The position numbers were made by a program, and so were the translations under genes. The notes beneath the pieces are model-generated. The model did not search any database and had not been told where the DNA came from. It saw only the letters and a program-made list of their open reading frames with translations. A stretch of 64,000 nucleotides of DNA, taken from Lama guanicoe. Taxonomy: Eukaryota. This document shows, in pieces, positions 13,491 to 25,840 of this stretch. The stretch covers positions 312,001 through 376,000 of the forward strand of contig MU054338.1 in assembly GCA_013239625.1 (NCBI GenBank), written 5' to 3'. Numbering within the stretch: position 1 is the first letter of the stretch; each line of letters starts with the position of its first letter.

Positions 13491-14247
13491 CATGTCCTTT
13501 TACCTCTTCAGAGCTCAGGTCACTCACAGCCAGGGGCTCCCTCAATTCTGGACCCTGGGAAGGGATGTCCACCTCCACCAGTGACCCCGGGGGGCAAGGA
13601 TGGTGGCCTCCCGGCTTGCCAGGGCCCAGAGCTGAGCGAGGGGGCAGCCGTAGGGTGGGGCTGGCAGACCTGCTCCAAGTTCCACCAAGCTGAGTGACCT
13701 CAGGGACCGATCCTGAGCCTGCTTCCCCACCTTCATGAGGCCTGGAGAGAAGGGTGTTGGCCTACCCTTCCAACCTGTCCACTTCCCCCTCTTCATCTGC
13801 CCTGCTCCTGGCAGAAAATGCTGCAGAGAAGCCAGCAGGTGGCCACGCTGGACAGTCATCGCCCCCTGGAATTCTCGCTCCTCAGGCCTAGAGCTTCTGG
13901 ATTCTGAAGGTGGGCGCCGAACGTCCCAAGCAGGTTTTTCCGGCCCCTGGAGTCCAAGGCTGTAACTCACAGTTTGCTGCCCGAACTTGTCTGCATTTCC
14001 CAACCTCCCTCCTGTGCACACAGCTCTCCAGTCAGGAAAACTCACGTTGGTCAGACACATACCCTCCCCCGTCCAGACCCCAGCACAGCGCAGCCCAGGG
14101 CCACTGAGAAAGGCCAGCATCCCTGGGCTTGAGCCCAGGGCTCTGTGTCTCGTCCACACAGGGAAGAATCCTGCTCACTGGTGGGAATGGAGTAAAACAG
14201 GGCAGCGGCTGTGGGAAAGAGCAGTTCCTCAAAAAGTCAGACAGAGC

Positions 14248-14331
14248 AGGGAGGGTATGGCTCAGGGGTAGAGTGCGTGCTTAGCATGCTAGTTCCTGGG
14301 TTCAATCCCCAGTACCTCCATTAAAAAAAAA
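14248..14331 (+). mobile_element. Vic-1-type SINE (short tail)
   Basis: GGGGAGGGTATGGCTCAGGGGTAGAG...GGTTCAATCCCCAGTACCTCC followed by poly(A). Confidence 0.8.
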
Positions 14332-14339
14332 AGTCAGTC

Positions 14340-14912
14340 ACCATCCTTCCTGTCCCAGAAACTCCAGTCCTAAGCATATATCGCAAATAATTGAAAACAG
14401 ATATTTAAACAAAGATGAGTTAACAACTGTTCATAGCAGCGGGATTCACAACAGCCCCCAAGTGGAAAAACCCTAGTGTCCACTGATGGGTGAAGGGATA
14501 CACACAGTGTGGTCCCTCCACACAGGAGGGTATTACTCAGCTGTGAACAGGACAGAAGCCCTGACACCCGCTCCCATGTGGACGGACCCTGACAGCACGA
14601 TGCTCAGGGAGAGAAGCAGACACAGGAGGACGCACAGCGTGTGAGTCCACGGATGTGAAACGTCCAGAACAGGCCAATCCAGAGACAGAGAGGGGGTTCC
14701 TGGCTGTCAGGGGCTGGGGAAAGGGGTGAGGGTGACTGCTGATGAGCACGGGGGATGTCAACTGCTGATGGGGACGGGGCTTCTTTTTGGGGTGATGGTC
14801 TGTTCTGGAACTAGACAGAGGTGATGGTGCACAGCACTGCAAATGTACTAAATGCCACTGAATTGTGCACTTAAAGATGTAAAACTATGTGAAGTTCATG
14901 TCAATTTTTTAA
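14340..14912 (+). mobile_element. L1M 3'-end fragment with homogenised core (~14555-14722)
   Basis: Shared core, followed by GTTCTGGAACTAGACAGAGGTGATGG...GCCACTGAATTGTGCACTT. Confidence 0.8.
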
Positions 14913-14918
14913 AAAGGC

Positions 14919-15048
14919 GGGGAGGGTATAGCTCAGTGGTAGAGCAGGGGCTTAGCATGCACGAGGTCCTGGGTTCAATCCCCAGTCCCGCTGTTAAACA
15001 AGTAAGTAACTAGCCCTACCTCCCTCCCCCACCAGAAAAAGAAAAAAA
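14919..15048 (+). mobile_element. Vic-1-type SINE
   Basis: GGGGAGGGTATAGCTCAGTGGTAGAG...CTTAGCATGCACGAGGTCCTGGGTTCAATCCCCAGT followed by a tail. Confidence 0.85.
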
Positions 15049-15112
15049 GCAATCGCTCAGAACAACTGTATCTCGATGATAGCAAAGTCGACCTGAAAAG
15101 TAAAACAGCCAG

Positions 15113-15800
15113 TTATTTTGCAAAGAATACAGGGTTACTCCGGAGCGGCGGAGTCGCCTTTCGGCTCGCACAGACCCCCGAGAACGCGGCCGGGAGAGGG
15201 GGAGTGGGAGGGGCTGTGCTGAACCCAGAGCCCATTGGAGGCACCGGGGAAGTGTGGTGGCCTTTCATTGGCTGGGGGGAGGGCCGCCGCTGGCGGGGGC
15301 GTGGCCGGGCGCGGGGCCCGTCCTCTTCCCGGGCAGGTGAGGGCGCCGGCCTCCCCCAGATGCCCAGGTGCCGGCTCTTCGTGTTTGGCGCCTGGGGGCG
15401 CCAGCGAGCGAGTGGTAGGGGCAGGGCTCCCGCTCGGCCTCCCGCCTCCATTTTAAACGAGATTTCCTTTATTCGGGTTCACGCCCTGGCGGGGGACGGC
15501 CCGGTCCGGCCGAGCTGTGCGTCCCGGGCAGTGAGTGCTCCAGCCCCGGGCCTGAGCACTTGCTGCGCGGCGGGACCTGACGCACTTCTCCCGTTTCAAC
15601 AGGAGCCGTCGCTGACTTTGCAGATGTCCCACCTGCGTGTCCGGTGCCACCTGAGGCCTGACCGGACCTTTCCTTCCTCGGGGCGGTCAGGGCCGCACGG
15701 GCGGGGTTGCACCCACCGCCAGGCAGAGGGCAGCACCTCCCAAGGTCCAGGGCTCTGCTCCGCGGACCAGGCGCCTCCGCCCGCCCCACCCCAACCCCCG
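15113..15800. promoter_or_regulatory. Orphan CpG island with promoter-like motifs
   Basis: CpG-rich. ATTGG at 15234 and 15267, GGAAGT, GC-rich boxes and a splice donor CAG|GTGAGG at 15336/15337. Confidence 0.6.
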
Positions 15801-18689
15801 CGCACGGGTTTGGAGAGGACGCCCCCCAGGCCCAGGGCAGAGAAGCAGCTCCCCAGACCCCGGCCGCCCCCAGGCCCCCATCCCGGTCAGTCTCTCTGCT
15901 GTGCCTGCTGCGTGCCGTGTGCTGGGGACAGAAACCTGGCCTCTGGGTTACAGCAGGCAGGGGGCTGCGGGGCCCCTGGGCTGGGGTGAACCTCCGCTAC
16001 CTCGGTTTCCTCACTGGGAAGCAGTGTCAGCTGTCTAACCGGCCTCCGACATTCTCTCCCCTTCCCCAGGTCCAGGCCTTGGGGTCCACCACAGTCCAGC
16101 CTGGCCTGCAAGTGGCAGAAACCTCCTGGCCACCCTCCTCCCTGCAAGCAGTGGGAGGCCCAGCCGGCCAGGCTGGAGGGGGCCGGTTCTGATGAGGGCG
16201 GTCAGGGTGGGCGGCTGAGTCAGGCCACTGGGATGTGGGCCTGGGGTCTTGCAGGCCCTGCACACACAGAAATGCAAAATAGCCCAGAGTGTGGGTGTCT
16301 CCTGCGGGTGAGCCGGGTGGGCCTGGAGGGTGCTGGAAAATTCTGTGGCTCGGCCAGGCCGTGACTCCTGGACTCTCTAACAGTCCCAGCAGACTCTAAA
16401 AGGGAAAAAGAATTCCTGGAGGCGGCTGATTTAAAACAAACAAACAAACAATGTGGGACAGAGAGGAGGAATGCTAGGAATGCGGCCGGTCCTCCCCCCC
16501 CCCGGGGGGGGGCCCTGGCCGGCAGCCTCGAAGACCCGCCGAGGGATGGAGGCCGCCCCACCCGGGCTCCCTCAGCTCCTCTGCGCCACATCAGAACAAA
16601 GACAATGATTAACAAGCCCACTTGGAAAAGCCATTAAAACTGCCCCAACCCTCCCTCTGGTTTTCTTACATTCTTTGGTTTAATACCTCATTCCTTGGCC
16701 GGAAGTAAAAAGGGAGAAAATATTAAAGACAGTCCTGGGGACCCAAAGGGATTTTCCTTCTTTGTTGGGGTCAGGATCACTGTCGTCCTCCCTGGAAGGG
16801 GAGCTGGGGGTCTGGGCCAGGAGCCCCCGCTGGTTTGAATTCTTCAAGGTCCGGGAGAAGTAACCCTGAACTTTGCAGGTTGTTGGAGGCATGTGGGGAC
16901 TTGGAAGCTGTGTTTCTAAAGCCTTGGCCTGGTGTGTCCCCGCAGCTCTGCCGGAACCCTATACAATATCTGGAAATGACACAAGAACATTCCGGAGCCC
17001 AGAGGTCGTGCTTGGGAGAGGAATACAAGCCTCTCTGGGTTCTTTTGAATATTGGGACCTATTTTCAGCAGAAAGGAAGTTGCCAAGAAAACAGGGCTGA
17101 TGAAGACTGGTAGGGCCTTCCTTTGCCCAACTGATTCTCGAATTTTCCTCCAGGATAACGCCCAGGAATTTAAACCCTGCTGGCTCAACAGGGAAGCTTG
17201 GGGTGAGGGTAGGGGTGAAAATGTGTGTGTGTGTGTGTGTTTTAAAGGATGTTGGAACTATAGGGAAGGAAAGATCCCTTGCTTTCTGGGTTTTTCTTGT
17301 TTTTGTTCATCTCTGCTTTTCTGATACAAAGGCCCAGGGGCAGTGGGTTGGCCAGCGGGTCCTGGTGTGAGGACAGGGGAGGCAGTAGGTCCCAGGTCAG
17401 CTGGGCTGGGGAGGGGGCTCCTGCACATTGGACTGGAAGACTGGGGGCCAGGGAGCCAGTGTGCGCCGACCTGGGCCCCCAGCACGTCCTGAGTGAGTGC
17501 AGAGAACCAGGTGGGGCTGCCCACGCCGGGGCTGATAGCAGGGGTTCCCACGTCCACACTGGCCAAGGACGCGCGCTGTCAAAATGGTGACCCAGCTCTT
17601 GTTTCTGGAGACGATGCTTCTGGAGTTTCCGTCTGGAAGATGGAAAATCCTATGGACGGAGGGTGCAGGTGGCTGCACGTCACGAACGTGGTTAATCCAC
17701 TGAGCTGTGCACCTAAAAATGGTGAAGACGGTGACTTTTATGTCATGTCCACTTGACCACCATTAAAACAAGAACAAAAACCCATGTTTCAGGAAAACAA
17801 CCCATGTTAGAATCATCTGGAAAGTTTCAGGATTTAACAGGCGGGAAAGAAAGCCAAAGGGGAACCCTGCTAACAAGGAAACTATCTGAACAGAATAAAG
17901 CTACAGAGTTTAAAACCCTGCTCAACATGGCAACATTCAAGAGGCTCAGTCTTCTCTCTGCCCGCTGCCTGTGTTTCCCTCTCTGCCTCAACTCTATTTT
18001 TAAATGTTTTCATACATAAGCTTGGCAGATACCCCAGCTGGTTAGTAAATGTATCAAGGAAATACGGATACAGAGGCGCAAGGCCCTCTTGAAAGCGCAG
18101 AAGGGAGGCTGTTACAGCTGGGAGCCTGCTTTCCCATACAAAACATAAATATGACTGTTTGACCCCCCAGGTTCCGGGACTTGGGAAACGGCTGGAAGCA
18201 AACAACACAAACCTGGAGCGGCAAGAATCTCCGTGGACCAGAGGAGACCTTCCCACGTGTCTTTCGTATTCTTCCACAGTTGTGTGAATTTGTCACCGGG
18301 ACACAGTAATTTTTAGGCAAGGTTTAGAAGCTATTGGCATGATCCCAATTATGTATATATGGATAGAAAAATTTATATATCATATAGAAGTGAAATTATA
18401 TATTGTATGCAAACATATATAGTATATATGTGTGTATAAGTATGTGTATGGTGTGTGTGTTATACACACACACATGCGCAGATGTGCTTACATATGCACA
18501 CATTTCCCACTTAAGCAGATGCAGAAAGTGTCGTGGAGGAAGACCTCCGACGTTATAGGGAGTTACTGCAACCTGGTAGGGGGGGCAGTGTTACAAATGA
18601 CTTTCAGTTTTCTTCTATTTGCTTGGTTAATTGTGTAGAATGAGTGTTTACCATATATATTTTTTAAAGCCAGTAAGAAAAAATTTGTA

Positions 18690-19345
18690 CAAAAGGAAAT
18701 CCTGTCCCCATCAGCAGTCACCCCCACCTTCCCCTGACAGCCCGGAGCCCGCTCCCTGTGTCTGAGGGCTGGCCTGTTCCGGACGCCTCACGTCCACGGA
18801 CTCACACGCTGTGTGTCCTCCTGTGTCTGCTTCTCTCCCTGAGCTCGTGCTCTCAGGGCCCGGCCCCGTGGAGCGGGTGTCAGGGCTGCTCTCCTGTGCG
18901 TGGCTGAGCGATGCTCCCGTGTGTGGAGGGACCACGTGTGTCTCCATCGTCAGCTGGTGGGCTTTTGGCTTGTTTCCACCTTTCGTGTGCTGTGACTCAC
19001 GCTGCCATGAATATTTGTGTACCAGTATTTCTGCGGACACAGCTTTCATTTTCCTAGAGTAGAATTCTTAGGGTAGAATTGCTGGACATACAGTGACTCT
19101 TTTTCATGCTTTGGAGGAAGAGCCACTGTCTTCCACAGCGCCTGCACCATTTCACCTCCCACCAGCCGTGGACGACGATGCCTGCCTCCCCCCCCCGTCC
19201 ACACTGTAAGTGCCATGTGGACAGTGGCTGTCCTCAAGGGTGGGCAGCGCCGTCTCTCACTGGTCTGACTTTCATTTCTCTCATGATGTTGAGTAGCTTT
19301 TCATGTGCTTGTGGGTTGGTTGTCCACCTTCTTTGCAGAAATGCA
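18690..19345 (-). mobile_element. L1M 3'-end fragment with homogenised core (~18730-18897)
   Basis: Shared core on the minus strand with L1M flanks. Confidence 0.78.
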
Positions 19346-19974
19346 AAGGAATTTGGAGCCAGTGGCCTCAGCCCCTTTCCCTCTCCAGCTGGTGCCTTCA
19401 CCCAGAGCCGCTAGGCTGAGCACTCACGCAGCCCCCACCCCCTGGCCCATCGAAATGAGAACAGATTGGTGACATGGTGTCTCCACTGCAGGAAGGCGAG
19501 GCTTCTGTGCAAACCGTAGCACAGAATGCCTGCTGGTGTGTTCAGACCAAGAAGGGGACGGGCCAGTCCTGTCCCCAGGGTGGGCCATCAGGAGCCCTGA
19601 GGCCACCTGAGCCAGCTGCTCCGAGACAAGCCATCAGGTGTCTGTTTCCCACTATAAACTATTGATGCCGGTGATGTCACCACCTCCATCTCATGTGTCA
19701 CCTACTGCAAAACCAGAGGGCTGCTCCCCCGCCCCACCCCCGCGTCCTGGGGTCCCTCGGCCTGCCTGCTTCTGCTCTTGGATCCTTCTAGCATTGGCTT
19801 CTTCCCAAGATCTCCACCCCTGCCAGCGGGGGCCTGACCTCCAGGAATCATGGCTGCAGAGGCCCGAGCTTTCAGTTTAACTGAGCTGACACGGTGCTGG
19901 GTCGCCGTGTGGGGAGCCATCCCCCTGCAGGTCCCGGGGCCCCAGAGAACGTGAAAAGCACCAGTGGGTCTCGG

Positions 19975-20150
19975 CCGGGCCCCTCAGCTCAGAGCACCCT
20001 TTGTGGGGCCGTCCCCAGCTCTTGGGGTGTAGAGCCGCCTCCCTGGGCCCACCCATTCAAAGCCAGGAGCCCCCACATCACGACAAGCGCAGATGTCCCC
20101 AGATGTGGCCCCGTGACCCTGGAGCAGAATCCCCTCAGGTCAGAATGGCT
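19975..20150 (-). mobile_element. MER20-like hAT DNA transposon remnant
   Basis: CCTCCCTGGGCCCACCCATTCAAAGCCAGGAGCCCCC..GACAAGCGCAGATGTCCCCAGA resembles the MER20 reverse complement. Confidence 0.55.
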
Positions 20151-20499
20151 GCTTCATTAGAGTCAGCGCTGGGCTTCCACTTGGTTTGGCCGTTTTAGGG
20201 CAGGTCTTCCACCTGCCCAGGATAAGTAGCCAAGGTCTGGACAGGCGGGGGACAGAGACTTCCCAGAGGGTCGCCAGCTGGGTCTGGGGACTCTGTTCCT
20301 CAGTGAGCGTGGAGGTGGGTCTGCGGTCCCCTTGGTGCCCACAGTCCCATGACCGAGCGGACAGGCGGGCAGCAGGTGACCAGATGGCCTCGGGATCGCG
20401 TCCAGCCCAGCTCACGTTCCCTCCACATTGAGACATTGTCCTTTTCATAAATTTTTCAGGACCAGCTGCCCTCCTGCGGCTCCGCGCTGGCTCTCAGTT

Positions 20500-20895
20500 C
20501 TCGGAGGCAGCGAGCTACCTGTGGCCGTGGTGACTGTGACGAGGAACCACAAGTGACACCAGTCTCTGCTCCTGTAGGCCGGGGCCAGAAGGCTCAGGTC
20601 GGGGTGTCAGTGGTCCAGCTCCTCCTGGAGGCTCTGGGGCCGTCTCTCAGGGGCAGCCGGCCACCCTGGTGGTCACGTCACCCATCTCTTCCCCCAGTCA
20701 CATGGCTCTCCCTGCGGGACCGCTTCTCCTCTTCTCAGAAGGACGCCGGCCCCTGTAGTAGGGCTGCCCCACTCCCGGGTGACTCATCACAGCCAATGAC
20801 ATCGGCACACACCCCGTTTCCGAATGAGGTCGTGTCCATGGGTGCTGGTGGGCAGGACACAGGTGTCTCCGGGGGACCATGATTCAACCCGTGGC
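20500..20895 (-). mobile_element. MaLR LTR (MLT1-like)
   Basis: Ends ...GGGGGACCATGATTCAACCCGTGGCA and contains CCCGTTTCCGAATGAGGTC, matching the reverse complement of the MLT1 5' end. Confidence 0.65.
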
Positions 20896-21559
20896 AGGGT
20901 CTGGCGTTTCCCTCCTTCGAGTGCTGCTGTCCCCGCAGATGAGCTGCGACCTCCAGGAAGGCCCCAGCGCCTTCCTGCCTTTCGCACCCCGGCTCCCTGC
21001 TGCGGCCCCGCTCACGAGCTTACCGCCCACCTCCCCGAGGCCTGGGCCCCGCACACCCCGTGATGCGGACCTGTCTCTGCCCCAGCCACCTGGTAGGAGA
21101 CCCCGGCCCCCTCTGCCAGCATGGTGCTGAGAACTTCTCCAAGGACGACAGTATTGGGGGGTGGGACCCCGCCGTGGAGGAGCCAGCAGCTGGGACCCCG
21201 GTGTGACGAGTGAGGGGTTTCCTCTGAGGCCATCCCCGAACATATCGCCCCAGTGCGATTGCAAGGAGACTCTAGACAAAACCAGACTGGAGGCGCCCCG
21301 CAGGACACCCAGCCCTGGCTCCTCATGACTGCCCGGGCACCCACATGAGGAGGAATGGAGAAACCACACAGCCCGGGGGCCTGAATGTCATGGCCCCAGG
21401 GCAGAGAGGACACAGGGGAAGACAGGGTGAGAATGTGGGGAGACGGGAGCCCTGGACACGTGGGTGGAGCAGTTGCTGTGGACAACAGGTTGGTGGTCCC
21501 TACAAAGGCTGGACCGGGAACCACCTGCCACTAGGCAACGCCACTCCTGGGGTCAGTTC

Positions 21560-21950
21560 CTCGCTGATTGTGTCATTCCCTCCACACTCACCCCCAAAAA
21601 GATACTCTGCAGTCCGGACCTCCGGTGCCTGTGAGTGAGCCCTTATCAGCAATAAACAGGCTCTTTACTGAGGTGATCAAGTTAAAATGAGGCCCTCATC
21701 CAACATGACTGACGTCCTCATAACAAGGAGAGATCAGGACACAGACCACAGGACACACACAGAGGGACAGCTATGTGAGGACATGGGGAGATGACAGCTG
21801 TTGACAGCCTGAGTGGAGGAGCCTTCAAGGGAACCAGCCCTGCCTTGAGCGTGGACTTCTGCTTCCAGAACTGCAGAAGAATAAACCTATGTGGCTGCAG
21901 CCACCCCCTTGTTTGTGGAGTTTGCTACAGAGGCCACTGGAAACCAACAC
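21560..21950 (+). mobile_element. MaLR LTR (MLT1-like)
   Basis: GTGATCAAGTTAAAATGAGG, GGACTTCTGCTTCCAGAACTG..AATAAACCT and GGAAACCAACACA-like end. Confidence 0.7.
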
Positions 21951-21959
21951 AGATTCATT

Positions 21960-22505
21960 GCAAAGAAGTGAAAAAGTACATGCAAATAAAAACCTGTTCT
22001 CACGTGTTCACAACAGCTGAAGAGTGGAGAGAAAAACACAAGTGTCCATCAACATATGAATGGTCAGTCAAATGTGGTAAATACATATGTATGTATGTAA
22101 ATGCATGCGTGCATGCATGCACACTGTGGAACACTGTGCAGCCAGGAAAAGGAGAGCAGCCCTGACACCCGCTCCCACGTGGACGGACCCCGAGAGCACG
22201 GCGCTCAGGGAGAGAAGCAGTCACAGGAGGACACGCAGTGTGCGAGTCCATGGACGTGAGACGTCCAGAACAGGCCAGTCCCCAGACCCAGGGAGGGGGC
22301 TCCTGGTCGTCAGGGGCTGGGGGGCAGGGGGTCGGGTGATTGCCAATGGGAACAGGCTCCCCTTTTGGGGAGATAAGAATGTCCCCAAGTTACTTTTGGT
22401 GATGGCTGCACAACTTGTGAATAGACTAAAACCCACTGAACTGTACAGTAGAAGTTGGTGAACTGTCCCATGCAGGAATTCTATCTCACTGAAACTGTTT
22501 AAGGA
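21960..22505 (+). mobile_element. L1M 3'-end fragment with homogenised core (~22150-22325)
   Basis: Shared core with L1M flanks. Confidence 0.78.
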
Positions 22506-25499
22506 AAACAACATTCCTTTGCTGTTCAAATGTTTCGGACCCAGAGCACTCGAGCAGCACTGAGCAGACCGCCCCAACTCAGTGCCCCATCCTCCCTCAG
22601 GAGGGAAGAGTCTCCTGAATCCGGGATGTATTCCCACTCACCCTACAAATGCCACATCCTCACGACGCCCATCCTGGACAGGGGCTCCTATGCTTGGTCT
22701 CCTGCCTTGCGGGCTGTAGCAGCAGCACTGTCACCTGTTCTGACTCTGGGGTGTCTTCAGTGCCCTGCAACCGGCTGGGACACTGCCTCTGCCAGGGGCA
22801 CGCTGCGGGGACACAGGGTGGCCCCAGAGTTTTGCTGGACATCACCAAGTTGCGAGTTCATGTCTGAGTGCTTCGCCCACCCCGAAACCGTGTGTGCAGC
22901 CCAGCCTGCCCCACCGCACCACTAGGACCCTCTGCCCTTAGTGCTGTTCCCTCTACTCACCGCTTTGGGATCACATTCGCTACACCTCCGCCAGGAGGCC
23001 CTCCTTGATCCCCCTAAGGTCCCTGCAGGGCCCTGCCCCATCCTCCATCCTCCAGCACCTCTCCCGACACACAGATACAGCATCCGTGAGAGGACCCACA
23101 GTGTGGCTGGATCTCGGTTTTGTGTGTCCAGCGCCAGCCGCAGCCCCCGGCAAGCATGAGGGCTCAAGAGGCTGCGCAGGGCATTTGGGAAGCGGCGGCT
23201 CTGGTCCCGCAAAGGGGTATAGCAGAGAAATGCACAGACGCAGCTGCCCCCTAGCCTTGCCCACTGGGCCTGCCGTGACCATAGCGCTGCCCCCGGTTTG
23301 TCAGAAGGCGGCCGCCCTGGCCTGTGGCTGCTGAGTGCTCGAAACCTGGGGTCTGAACGGTTCATTCCATTTTGCTGCAATTAATGTGGATTTAAATAGC
23401 CACCCAGGGCCAGTGACGCTTCCCTGGGTGGTCCAGATTCAAAGTATAGCAGAGTCTTACTACTCCCAGCTTCAGTGTTTGTGAATTCAGCTACTCCCTG
23501 AAGCTTATTTGTATTTATTCGTGAAAAAATTTTTGAATTGTCCATCAAGGCTCCCAGCACTTGTGTGGTCATTCCGGGACACGCCATGGCATCCGTGCCC
23601 AGGTGAGGGGAGCCCAGGCGGCTCTGCCCTCTGGATGCTGCTCAGGTTGGAAACCAGGGTCCTTTTCTTGCTGATTTAGTGCTTTTTGTGGGAGATTTTG
23701 CCATTGCAGTAGGTCCCCAAGTGTCCCTGCGCACAAGAAGGCTGTGGAGTGCCTTTGGGGGGTCTGGCAGACACCATTCTGCAGCACTGACACTGCTGAA
23801 CCGACAACATGTGCTCAATAAGGTGTCTTTAAGCAGAAACTCACAAGATGCTGTGTTGATGGGTTGGTGACATTGTGACCAGAGACTCTTGGGACCCTGA
23901 TCCTGCACTCACCCCAGGAGCTGTGGTTCCCTTTTTACTAGCCCGATGCTTGCTGTGGGCGTTATGGACCCTGACTGTGCAAATAATGAGAATCAACAGT
24001 ATTTTCTAAGTAGAACTTTTACTGAGCTGCACCTTCCATGTCAGCTAAACACTCCAATCACATAGCACTTCACACATGAGGTTCCTGAGTCCCCAGATCC
24101 AGAGAATGTCCCAGGGCCCCTGGCAGCCTCCAACCTGCCCTTCTTAGCCCCTGACCCCGGGAGTGACCTGCCCCCAGCCCCAATTTGTGGCATTGTTTGG
24201 TGAGTTTTGCTTGGTCTTGAGCTTCGTGCGTATATGTGGAACAGAGGTCTCCCTGGCTGGTGCCCAGGTTTCGTCACAGCTGCGTGGTAACCCACCGTCT
24301 GGACCCTCCACACAGGGTGTCTCCATCCTTTGGGCACCGGTCTCCTACTCAGAGGATCAGAGATGAAACAGGAAAGCATGTAGGGAGGGCCCTGCTAAGC
24401 TCCCAGGGCGGGGATTGGGCTGGGGCTGGGGTTAGGGTGAGGGGTGGTGCTCAGGATGGAGAGACAGCTCCAGCCCCAGGCAGGACCTGGGGACACAGTG
24501 GGGGAGAGGGGAGGCTGGCCTGCTGGTTTGAGCAGATAAGGTTTGTATGTTGGCATGAGAGCCTGGGGCTGAGGGAGGGGAGGGGTTGCACCCTGATGGG
24601 GTCATGACGGGAAAAGCCTTGACCAGGAGAATTCAGGGGAAGGATATTGGGGAACACCCCACCTTGCAGGACAGCGGTCCCTCTGAGAACTGAAGGCTGG
24701 GCTGAGCAGAGCCTGGCTGGTGTCATGGAGGAGGGGCTCCCACCCTAATGAGGGGCAGGGGAGTCAGCTGCTCCTGGATGGATCCCATCAGGCGGTAGAA
24801 GACAGACTCAGAGGTGAAGACTCTGAGTAGAGTAAACCCTTTCAGTTCTGCCCCTGAGCTGGGCGAGGAGGGCAGGGCTCCACTTGGAGGGGCTGCGGGA
24901 GCCTCTTTGATGCTGAGACGCCCAGCTCAGTCCAACAGAAATCTGGACAATGGGTCAGAGAGACTGGGAGGCCTAGAGGGGTTGGAGACATACAGCCCAC
25001 ACCCACCTGCCCTGGACCCTGGCCCCATCTCTCACTCCTGTAATCAAGGCAGTGAATAAACAAACACAGGAACAAACATTCTGAAACTATTCAGCCATTT
25101 CCATTCGAAACAGGAGGGGAAGCCCATGGAGAGGAAGAGGACACTGGCTTAGCGCAGCTCCTTATTTTGACAAAGGGGGAGAAACAGAGGCACCTCCATC
25201 GGATCAGAAAAGAGAAACAAGACCCAGCCCCCAACCCCTGGGGGTGCTGGATGCTGGCCCTCCACCCTCATTTGGCCCCCCTCAACCACCTTGCTCCTGC
25301 CACAGAGAAGTATCCTTTTCAAAATTCTTTAACAATTGCAAGATGATCACACGCCCTTGTTCTCCATCAATCATTGATGAGAGGCAGCTGGCTGGTGAAG
25401 CTGGGGTGAGCAGGGTGCAGACAGAGGAGCTGCTCCCCCACCCCCGCAATCGTGGAGGGCCTGCCAGCAGCTCTGTGAGGCTGGTCCCGGTCCCAGGGG

Positions 25500-25840
25500 G
25501 GTCGTGGTTCGACAGGCGGCTCTTGAAACCATGTGTCCACTTTCTGACCCCCGAACCTGTAAGCGTGACGTCCTTTGGGAAAAGGGGGTTTGCAGGTGTA
25601 AGGGCCTGGAGACGAGATTATCCCTGTGACCTCTAAGTCCATGTGAGAACAGAGGCAGGGACTGGAGGGGCGGGTCCACAGGCCAAGGATACCAGGGCCT
25701 AGGACTGGAAGCCACAGGAAGGTCCCACCCCCAGAGCCTCTGGAGGGACAGGGCCTGGATGACACCTCAGTTTCGGACTTCTGGCCTCCAGAAGTAAGCG
25801 AGAATAAACCTGGCTTGTGGCACCTGCGATGTGGATTCTG
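25500..25840 (+). mobile_element. MaLR LTR (MLT1-like)
   Basis: TTTGGGAAAAGGGGTTTGCAGGTGTAA and GACTTCTGGCCTCCAGAAGTAAGCGAGAATAAA. Confidence 0.65.

Noticed and set aside
14919..14990. tRNA-Ala-like sequences (about ten copies in the window)
   Set aside because: They have diverged stems and A-rich tails and are dispersed or nested inside L1. They are SINEs, not tRNA genes.
3310..22325. Recurrent ~170-bp repeat as a CRISPR-like or satellite array
   Set aside because: The copies are dispersed on both strands, irregularly spaced and embedded in L1 3' UTR sequence in eukaryotic DNA.
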